A DNA stretch of 64,000 nucleotides from an uncultured bacterium (GTDB lineage: Bacteria > Zixibacteria > MSB-5A5 > UBA10806), in the NCBI GenBank assembly GCA_965541585.1, contig CBEUCH010000001.1, forward strand, positions 1-64,000. Direction: 5' to 3'. The translations under genes were made by a program, and so were the position numbers. Position 1 is the first letter of the stretch, and the number at the start of each line of letters is the position of its first letter. Below are positions 39,236-47,087 of this stretch, in pieces. The notes beneath the pieces are model-generated. The model saw only the letters and a list, made by a program, of their open reading frames with translations, ran no database searches and was not told where the DNA came from.

Positions 39236-40603
39236 ATGAAACCGAGAAAAGGTGAGACATTAGAGCTCGAGGTCGAGGGTCTGGCGTTCGGGGGCAAGGG
39301 CGTGGCCAAACTCGACGGTTTAGTCGTGTTCGTGGAGGGTGGCCTTCCGGGAGACAGGGCGCTGGTGCGAATTTTCAAGGTCCGGAGCAATTACTTAGAA
39401 ACTAAAATCGAAGACTTGCTGGTGCCGTCAACGCACCGTGTCGCACCGGCATGCGAGCATTTTGGAGTCTGCGGTGGCTGCAAATGGCAGAATCTCGAAT
39501 ACTCCATCCAGAAAAAATATAAGGAGGATCAACTACGAGAGTCACTCATCCATGTCGGGGGTATCGCCGATCCCCCGGTGGAACCGATCATCGGCGCGCA
39601 CAAAATATATTATTATCGCAATAAGATGGAGTTTTCGTTTCACGCCGGGGATAACGGCGAGACTTTGCTGGGACTGCATGTCGCCGGACGTTTTCAAGAC
39701 GTCTTTCAACTGAAAACCTGCCATCTGCAATCCGAACTATCGAATAATATAGTAGAATTCGTACGCCGAAGGTCAACCGAACTGGAATTGCCCCCCTATC
39801 ATATTGTCAAACATGAGGGGTGTTTACGTTTCCTGGTTATCAGGGAAGGTAAGTTCACGGGTGAGACGCTTATTAATATCGTAACCGGCGCGGGAGAATA
39901 TCCGCAACTGGAGATCCTGGCGGAGGAATTAGGCAGGGAATTCGAACCTGTCGTCTCGGTTTCTCATACCGTCAATCCGGCAAGAGCCAACATAGCCAGG
40001 GGGGAAAAGGAAAAAATCCTCTATGGCGCTGATCATATCTACGAAAAGCTGGGGGAGAAAAGATACCGGATCTCCGCCAGTTCGTTTTTTCAAACCAACA
40101 GCTATCAGGTTCAGCGGCTCTATGATCTGGCAATCGAACTTGCCGAGCCGGAGAGATCCGAGAGCATGATAGATCTCTACAGCGGGACCGGCAGCATTGC
40201 GATTTATTTTTCAAATCTGGTTAAGGAAGTCATCGGCGTGGAGACGCTTGCCGAAGCGGTTGCGGACGCCAGAGTCAATGCCCGGGTCAACAGCGCTATG
40301 AATTGTAAATTTGTTGTCTCCGATGCTGAGGACTATCTGAAGCAGTTTGTTCGGGAAGGCGGGAAATGTGACCTCATGATCTTAGATCCGCCCCGGGCCG
40401 GGTGTCATCCTAAAGTAGTCAAATCCATATCTGCCATAAAACCGGCAAAGCTGGTTTATATATCGTGCAATCCTGCGACTCTTGCCCGGGATCTGAAGAT
40501 CCTTACAGATAACGGCTATGTCCTTGAAAAGGCCGTGCCGATAGATCTGTTCCCGCATACATACCATATTGAGGCCGCCTGCCGCCTGACCCTGCGGGCA
40601 TAA
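39236..40603 (+). CDS. rlmD: 23S rRNA (uracil-5)-methyltransferase RlmD
   Basis: TRAM domain, CEHFGVCGGC, YRNKMEF, SFFQTN, DPPRAG, SCNPATLARD, DLFPHTYHIE. Confidence 0.93.
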   Translation: MKPRKGETLELEVEGLAFGGKGVAKLDGLVVFVEGGLPGDRALVRIFKVRSNYLETKIEDLLVPSTHRVAPACEHFGVCGGCKWQNLEYSIQKKYKEDQLRESLIHVGGIADPPVEPIIGAHKIYYYRNKMEFSFHAGDNGETLLGLHVAGRFQDVFQLKTCHLQSELSNNIVEFVRRRSTELELPPYHIVKHEGCLRFLVIREGKFTGETLINIVTGAGEYPQLEILAEELGREFEPVVSVSHTVNPARANIARGEKEKILYGADHIYEKLGEKRYRISASSFFQTNSYQVQRLYDLAIELAEPERSESMIDLYSGTGSIAIYFSNLVKEVIGVETLAEAVADARVNARVNSAMNCKFVVSDAEDYLKQFVREGGKCDLMILDPPRAGCHPKVVKSISAIKPAKLVYISCNPATLARDLKILTDNGYVLEKAVPIDLFPHTYHIEAACRLTLRA

Positions 40604-40774
40604 TGCGGGCATTTATTAGCGGGCAATAAACTCCTGCTTCTTTACTCTATAACAATTTACAGCAATGGTTCGGAAAGTGGCCTCCGGAGTCGCCGCAACT
40701 CTAAATCTTTCCCTCGTAGCATATCGCCTGTCTGTTAATCCCCTGTCATAAGTGCCGATAATATTACCGAAGTT

Positions 40775-41890
40775 ATGAAGATAATTCATACATCAGCGGT
40801 CCACTTTGGGAGACCGTTCACAGATCCCGGAATGCCCGGCGATAAACTGAGGGCCGGGATAAAGTCTATTTTCTCAAAAATCATCGACATAGCTAATGAG
40901 GAATCGGCTGAACTGCTGATATTGGCCGGAGATACATTCGATAATTTGAATGTCTCCCAAAATCTGCTGGATTTCTTTATCAGCGAGGTTAAACGGTTGA
41001 ATAAGACTCGTGTGGCAGTTCTACCCGGATCTCAGGACCGATACGAAAAGGGAAGCTTCTGGGAGCAATGGAGGATACTCCAGCCGGCGGAGAATCTCTA
41101 TATTCTGGGCGATCCTGAGAAGCTGTACGTTGAGATTCCCGAGATTTCTGTTACCGTTTACGGTTATTCGCCAGCGAGCGATGATAAGGCCGATGATATT
41201 CCGGGACAGCTGAAAATCATCGATGGATCTGATTTTCATATAGCGGTTTTATATGGTCATCTGAACTCAGATCCAGATCAGAATCAAAGCGAATTCCCAT
41301 TGAGCTATGATAAGCTGGCATCTATCCCATTTGACTATATTGCATTTGGCGGCCAACCGGAGTTTCGGAGTTTCGTGGACGTCGGCTTGCGGGCCGCTTA
41401 TGCCGGTTCACCTGTGGTGCTATCGCCGGAATGGAAAGATGCCGGTAATATTCTATCAATAGATCTGCAAAAGGACTCGCTGAATGTGGAGCCAAGGAAG
41501 GTGGATGGATTCGTCTGGAAAAAGACCGAGATTTCGATGGAAGCAATAGCCAATCTGGAAGACTTGAAGAACAGGATTATCGAGATGGCCGGACCGAACA
41601 CCTCTTTGAAGGTTACTCTCTCGGGCCTGGCGCTTCTGGAGGCCGGATTGAATCTGGATCATCTTCGAGACGAACTGGAAGATCAATTTCTTCATCTCGA
41701 GTTTATCGACCGGACCAGGGTTTTGCCGGATAACATATCCGAGGTTAAGGTTCACGAGAAAACGATATTGGGCCAATACCTGAAAGTGATGGTCGATAAA
41801 TTGAACAAGGCCTCGGGGTCTGAAAAAGAGGATCTGGAAAAATCTATGAAGATCGGATATTCGCTTTTATCGGGCAGGGAGATCTGGTAA
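40775..41890 (+). CDS. Mre11/SbcD/YhaO-like metallophosphoesterase-fold protein with degenerate active site
   Basis: IIHTSAVHFG, LAGDTFD, PGSQD, DYIAFGG, YAGSP; adjacent to an SMC-like ATPase. Confidence 0.8.
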   Translation: MKIIHTSAVHFGRPFTDPGMPGDKLRAGIKSIFSKIIDIANEESAELLILAGDTFDNLNVSQNLLDFFISEVKRLNKTRVAVLPGSQDRYEKGSFWEQWRILQPAENLYILGDPEKLYVEIPEISVTVYGYSPASDDKADDIPGQLKIIDGSDFHIAVLYGHLNSDPDQNQSEFPLSYDKLASIPFDYIAFGGQPEFRSFVDVGLRAAYAGSPVVLSPEWKDAGNILSIDLQKDSLNVEPRKVDGFVWKKTEISMEAIANLEDLKNRIIEMAGPNTSLKVTLSGLALLEAGLNLDHLRDELEDQFLHLEFIDRTRVLPDNISEVKVHEKTILGQYLKVMVDKLNKASGSEKEDLEKSMKIGYSLLSGREIW

Positions 41891-41891
41891 A

Positions 41892-44009
41892 ATGCAGATC
41901 TCTCATATCATATTAAAGGATTTCGGCCGGTTTGGAGACTTCTCGTGTGATTTCTCACCCGGTTTGAATCTCATCAAAGGCCCCAACGAAGCCGGCAAAT
42001 CAACCCTGGCCGAGGCCATAACGGCGGTACTCTTCGTGGACCCGGCGTCGAGGGGTGAAAAAATCCCGAGGGCCGTCAACTGGGGGGGCAGCCACGGCCC
42101 GGTAATAGAAGCGGTTTTAGATGTCGATGGCAGTTCATTCAAGCTGACCAAAGATTTCGGGCAGGGTATCGTGGAGATGTCAAAAGAGAACGAAGCGGTA
42201 TCATCGGGCGAAACCGGGACCATTAATACCTGGGTATCTGATAAACTCGGAATACCTTCCCCGGAAATCTTCAAGGCCACGGCCTGCATTGGCCAGGGAG
42301 AGATAAGCCATATTGATGATTCCATTGAAGCGATTAAGGATAAACTGGAATCGCTGGTTACCGGAGGCAGGGAAGAAATGGCCGCCTCTATTACGGTCAA
42401 GAAAATTCGCGAGAGAATGAATCAGATTGCCGGGGAAGATGGCCAATCCGGGGGAGAAATCGGAGGAATCAAGGCGCTCGTTGATGAACTCGGCTATAAT
42501 GTCGATAGGCTTCAACGCGATATTGCGAGCCTGGGAGAGAAAAGAGCCGATCTGATACAGATGGAGACTACTTTCAGAAACGTAGCCGAGGACCTGTCAT
42601 CAAGTAAAGAAAAACACAAGCTTGGTTCAGAAGCCTGTGAATATGAAAAGAGAGTCTCAGCACAGGCTTCGGAGTTTGACCAACTCGATAAGAGAATAAA
42701 GCGGGCCGGAGAGGCGAAGGAGAAAATCGAGTCATTGAAATCCGAACGATCACAATTTATGAAGATAACCCGGGATGAGATAGTCGATATCGAGCAGATT
42801 GAAAGCAGCCTGAATCACCTGTCAGCCAAATATGCCGAGCTGGAGGAAGAAGCTTTAGAGACAGAAGGAGATTTAACCGGGTATAAGACTGGCGGGATCC
42901 ATGACGTACCGTCCCTGGTAGGGTTATTGTCCAGCGGTCTTTTTGCTATTTCACATTCTCAGGGTTTTTTCCCCGAATTCTATCCTCATTTGTGGTATGC
43001 GCTTGGCGGATCTCTTGCGCTTTTAATGCTCGGCCTTTCGATTATGATCTCAAGAAGGCAACATCGCACCTTTCTATCGAAGAGGTACGATAAGCTTGCC
43101 GGTAAGCTTGATAGTCTGAAAGGAGATATTGAGAGCCGGAAGAACAGGCTGTCCGAAAAGCTTCAGCAGTTTTCAGTATCTACTGTGGAAGAGTTGAAAA
43201 GGAGCCTCTGGGGGTTAGAAGAGAATGAAAAGCGAATCGAAAAGGAGACATCGTATTATAATGAGATACTCAGCGGCCAAACCCTCGCCGATTTGCAGAA
43301 GCAGCATAGCGATCTGAGTCAGCAGTTGGAAGCTGCATCCAAGGAGAAAGAGAGATTATCGCAATATATGACTGACTCTGCAGATCTCGAGAGGCAAAAG
43401 CTGGTGATCAATGAATTCGAGGAGAGGGTTAAGGATCTGGAGCGCGAGCGAGTTATTCTCCTTCAGCAGATCGAGACCGCGGAGGGGGGATCGGAGCTTT
43501 TGGCAAGCTACCTCGAGCGTAGCGAAAGGACGAAAAACAGAATGGAGGTCCTGAAGCGCGAGCTGGCCATTCTTGAACTGACCGCCCAGTGTATTGAGGA
43601 AGCCCGCTATAATGTTCTGGTCTCGAAGCTGGATGTTTTAAATAAGCAGACATCAAAAATCCTCGACGACCTGACATCGGGCCGTTATTCGAGAGTGCGT
43701 TTCGATAGATCGAATCTGAAATTTGAAGTCTGGTCAGATGATAAGGGCGAGTGGCTTTATCCGGAGAAATGGCTCTCGGCCGGCACAATGGACCAGATAT
43801 ATCTGGCTGCCCGTCTGGCCCTTGCCGATATAGTCTCGGAGGAAAAGAACTCAATATTGATACTGGATGATCCCTTCGCCAGCTACGATGAAAAGCGGTT
43901 GGAGAACGCTATGAAGGTCATAAAGGAACTTTCGGCAAACCATCAGATTTTGCTCCTCACCAGCCAGGACCATTACGATAAATGGGCTGACTCAACCATC
44001 AATTTGTAA
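41892..44009 (+). CDS. YhaN/SbcC/Rad50-like SMC-type ATPase with central TM hairpin
   Basis: GPNEAGKST Walker A, Q-loop IGQGE, coiled coils with two hydrophobic segments, LSAGT signature, LILDDPF Walker B. Confidence 0.88.
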   Translation: MQISHIILKDFGRFGDFSCDFSPGLNLIKGPNEAGKSTLAEAITAVLFVDPASRGEKIPRAVNWGGSHGPVIEAVLDVDGSSFKLTKDFGQGIVEMSKENEAVSSGETGTINTWVSDKLGIPSPEIFKATACIGQGEISHIDDSIEAIKDKLESLVTGGREEMAASITVKKIRERMNQIAGEDGQSGGEIGGIKALVDELGYNVDRLQRDIASLGEKRADLIQMETTFRNVAEDLSSSKEKHKLGSEACEYEKRVSAQASEFDQLDKRIKRAGEAKEKIESLKSERSQFMKITRDEIVDIEQIESSLNHLSAKYAELEEEALETEGDLTGYKTGGIHDVPSLVGLLSSGLFAISHSQGFFPEFYPHLWYALGGSLALLMLGLSIMISRRQHRTFLSKRYDKLAGKLDSLKGDIESRKNRLSEKLQQFSVSTVEELKRSLWGLEENEKRIEKETSYYNEILSGQTLADLQKQHSDLSQQLEAASKEKERLSQYMTDSADLERQKLVINEFEERVKDLERERVILLQQIETAEGGSELLASYLERSERTKNRMEVLKRELAILELTAQCIEEARYNVLVSKLDVLNKQTSKILDDLTSGRYSRVRFDRSNLKFEVWSDDKGEWLYPEKWLSAGTMDQIYLAARLALADIVSEEKNSILILDDPFASYDEKRLENAMKVIKELSANHQILLLTSQDHYDKWADSTINL

Positions 44010-44105
44010 ATCCCATCGATTTAGTATAATTTTTGCCTCGAACCGGCTGTCGGTTTAGAATTCTCTTGATTTGTCGGTCCGGATTTCTTTTTTTCATTAT
44101 GCCAT

Positions 44106-44600
44106 ATGGATAATTTATGGGCAGCTTGGCGACGAGACTTCATATTAGGCCCTAAGAAGAAGGGTTGTGTTTTTTGCACCCGGATCAGACAAAGAGCAGA
44201 TCGTCGGAATTTGATTGTTTATAGAGGCAAGCGGAATATTATCATTATGAATAAATATCCCTACAATGCCGGGCACCTGATGGTTGTGCCGAAAGCCCAT
44301 AAGGGAAAGCTCGGTAACCTGACCTCTTCCGAATCGAATGAAATGTTTGAATTGACCAGAAGATCGGTGGAGGTTCTCGAAAAGGCAATGCCTGCAGACG
44401 GCTTCAATATCGGGCTGAACATAGGTTCCGATGCCGGGGCCGGCATAAACGACCATGTTCATGTTCATATTGTTCCCCGGTTCAAGGGAGATACCAACTT
44501 CATGACCGTGGTCGGTGAAGTCAAGGTTCAGTCTTTCTCCATGGTCGATATATACGATATGATAAAGCCCGGCTTCGATCAATTGAGGACCAGATCTTGA
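44106..44600 (+). CDS. HIT family protein (Ap4A phosphorylase/FHIT-like)
   Basis: CVFC, NKYPYNAGHLMVVP, GFNIGLN.G..AGAGI.DHVHVHIVPR..GDTNF. Confidence 0.92.
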   Translation: MDNLWAAWRRDFILGPKKKGCVFCTRIRQRADRRNLIVYRGKRNIIIMNKYPYNAGHLMVVPKAHKGKLGNLTSSESNEMFELTRRSVEVLEKAMPADGFNIGLNIGSDAGAGINDHVHVHIVPRFKGDTNFMTVVGEVKVQSFSMVDIYDMIKPGFDQLRTRS

Positions 44601-46195
44601 GGATTCCGAAGAAAAAAGAGCTTTTAGAGCTTCAAAAAAAATATCGCACCGATAAGAAGATCGGCGAGGTCTATGGTGTCCCGGCACGTCTTGTGGCATA
44701 CTGGCGCAGCAAAAAGAAGATAGGCCCATATTCATTTCCGAAATATGGCGAGGAGAAGATCTTAGAGCTCTGGGAAAGGTACGGGGATGATGCCAGGGCG
44801 GGCGCGGAGCTCGACATCTCGGCGGCCGGTTTCAGGCAATGGAGGCGGAAATACGGAATTAGCAGAAAGCCGTTGCAATTGAGACTGGAACAGCTCGAAT
44901 TGGGTCTCATAGATCCGGGCCGGAAGAGGAATTCCCGAAGGGAGACTGCTGTGCAGAAGATACTGGCCAGAAAGTCGGGCCTCAAGAGAGTGGAGGTCGG
45001 GCAGATAGTCAACGTGGAGCCGGACCTCGCCATGTCGCATGATAATTCTGATCTGGTAATTGATTATTTCAAGCAGATCGGAGCGCCCAGGATCTGGGAT
45101 CCGAATAAAATCATAATAGTGCTGGATCGTAGAATGCCTGCCGAATCACATGAGGCCGCCGAGGCTCAGAGGACGATCAGGGAATTTGTAAAAAAACAAA
45201 AGATCAAGAATTTCTATGACATAGGCGAGGGCGTCTGTCATCAGGTAGTGGTCGAAAAGGGTTTTATGCTGCCGGGGCAGCTTGCCACAGGGACCGACTG
45301 GCATGCCACGTCGTATGGGTGCCTGGGTGCGGTATCGACCTATGTGAGCACCTCCGAAATGGCCGCGATATGGGCCGTTGGAAAGATATGGCTGCGAATC
45401 CCACCCTCATTAAAGATTATTGTCAACGGAAGCCTGGGGCGAGGAGTCTATGCCAAAGATATTATGCTGAAATTGATTCGCGATATGTCTCCCGATGCCA
45501 CAAACTACAGAGCGCTCGAGTTTCATGGTTCGACTATTGCTGGGATGTCGGTTTCGGAACGGTTCACAATGACGATTGTCGCTATGGAGATGGGGGCCAA
45601 ATCGGCGATGGTTCCATTTGATGACATCACCGGGCGATATTTGAAAAAAATCACCAAATCCCGGCTGACGCCGATCAAATCGGACCCCGATGCAATATAT
45701 GATGATGAAGTAGAGATTGACATCAGCTATCTGACCCCGCAGGTGGGCTGTCCCGAGGGCTCCAGAGGCGTGGTGCCGGTGGAGGAAACCAGCGGCAGGA
45801 GGATCGACCATGTCGTTGTCGGATCCTGCGTAAACGGCCGAATCGACGATCTGGAGATCACCGCCAGGATTCTTCGGGGGAGAAGAATTCATCGCGATCT
45901 AAGGATGATCATAGTGCCCGGCTCGCGGAAGGTGCTGACGGAGGCTCTTGACAGGGGATATATAAAGACATTCATCGAGTCCGGCTGTCTGGTTGTAAAT
46001 CCGGGTTGCTGGCCATGTCCAGGTGCTCACTCGGGAAACATCGCGAGGGGGGAGAGAGTCCTGACCGCCGCCGGCGCCGGTTATTATCGCAGTGACGAAT
46101 CTAACAATTCCGAGGTATATCTGGCTTCTCCTGCAACTGCGGCCGCCTCCGCGCTGGAGGGGGCCATCGCCGACCCCAGAAAGTATGTCAAATGA
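44597..46195 (+). CDS. Tandem-HTH fused to LeuC/HacA-like aconitase large subunit (degenerate active site)
   Basis: Two HTH-like repeats in residues ~1-90, then a LeuC-like body (TAVQKILAR, GVCHQ, AKD, GSCVNGRIDDL, PGCWPC, YLASPATAAASA); TTG start overlapping the HIT stop. Confidence 0.85.
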   Translation: MRIPKKKELLELQKKYRTDKKIGEVYGVPARLVAYWRSKKKIGPYSFPKYGEEKILELWERYGDDARAGAELDISAAGFRQWRRKYGISRKPLQLRLEQLELGLIDPGRKRNSRRETAVQKILARKSGLKRVEVGQIVNVEPDLAMSHDNSDLVIDYFKQIGAPRIWDPNKIIIVLDRRMPAESHEAAEAQRTIREFVKKQKIKNFYDIGEGVCHQVVVEKGFMLPGQLATGTDWHATSYGCLGAVSTYVSTSEMAAIWAVGKIWLRIPPSLKIIVNGSLGRGVYAKDIMLKLIRDMSPDATNYRALEFHGSTIAGMSVSERFTMTIVAMEMGAKSAMVPFDDITGRYLKKITKSRLTPIKSDPDAIYDDEVEIDISYLTPQVGCPEGSRGVVPVEETSGRRIDHVVVGSCVNGRIDDLEITARILRGRRIHRDLRMIIVPGSRKVLTEALDRGYIKTFIESGCLVVNPGCWPCPGAHSGNIARGERVLTAAGAGYYRSDESNNSEVYLASPATAAASALEGAIADPRKYVK

Positions 46196-46695
46196 AGAAA
46201 ATGATCAGGGGCCGCGTCCACCGGCTGGGGCATTATATCAGTATCCGTGACATATTTCCCGACTCGCACCTTTCGTTGACCGATCCGAGTGAGATGGCGG
46301 TACATGCGCTTGAAGGCTGCGATCCCGAGCTATCGTCGAAGATCAAAAAGGGAGATATAATTGTCGCCGGCAAGAATTTCGGGAACGGACCGCAAAGGGA
46401 ACAGGCAATCCTGGCATTGAAAGAGGCCGGTGTCGCATGTGTGGCGGCAACTTCATTCGGCCGTGTTTTTTACAGGGAGACGATAAATTCCGGGATGCCG
46501 CTGGTGGAGCAGCCTGAAGCTTATGAAAAAATCAAAAACGGCGAGACCATCGAAATTGACTTGGACGCGGGAGAAATCCACTGTAAGAAAGGGCCGCTGA
46601 AATTCGATCCCCTGCCGGATTTTATGATGAGGATGCTCGATGCCGGCGGCTTGATTCGGTATACGAAGGAAACTATAAAGAATCGACATTTATAA
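46192..46695 (+). CDS. LeuD/HacB-like small subunit (degenerate)
   Basis: GDIIVAGKNFG.G..RE.A, SF.R.FYR..IN.G.P, AGGL motifs; ATGA-type overlap with the upstream gene. Confidence 0.85.
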   Translation: MKKMIRGRVHRLGHYISIRDIFPDSHLSLTDPSEMAVHALEGCDPELSSKIKKGDIIVAGKNFGNGPQREQAILALKEAGVACVAATSFGRVFYRETINSGMPLVEQPEAYEKIKNGETIEIDLDAGEIHCKKGPLKFDPLPDFMMRMLDAGGLIRYTKETIKNRHL

Positions 46696-47021
46696 TCTTC
46701 ACTGTCTTGTCCTGGCTTCATCCGAATGTTTTCATCATCATAATCGCAACCTTAGCACAGGCCTTAAGGAATTCGGCCGAATTCTCAGTATTGGATGATG
46801 TATGGCACAATTTCCGCGATCCCCGATGTGACAGGGCAGCCCTGGGCCGAAACCTTAGATTATCCGCTCATCAGGGCGATCTTACACGCCGGTAGTTTTT
46901 TCCAGGAAGGGCGACTATTTTTCCGGATTTTGTATTGCAGATATTCCTTCCGATTCTAAGTTGATTCCATAACCTGTATAAAACTGGAGACTTACAGAGC
47001 CTCGCGATCAGCCGCATGGTA

Positions 47022-47037
47022 TGGCATGGGCTTTGAA
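47022..47037 (+). promoter_or_regulatory. Possible sigma54-like promoter of the polysaccharide operon
   Basis: TGGCATGGGCTTTGAA: good -24 element, -12 element is TTGA rather than TTGC. Confidence 0.35.
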
Positions 47038-47087
47038 TAATCCCTATTGGGAGATATATGGAAATGGCGAAAGAAACGGGGAGCGCG

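Noticed and set aside
40775..44009. Known SMC-type defence system (Wadjet, Lamassu)
   Set aside because: The architecture matches the YhaO/YhaN pair; no kleisin, Toprim or effector genes are present
44597..46695. Ordinary leuCD/hacAB, or simple pseudogenes
   Set aside because: Catalytic motifs are absent, an extra HTH domain is present and no leuA/leuB is adjacent; frames, overlaps and Fe-S Cys are intact, so neither label fits
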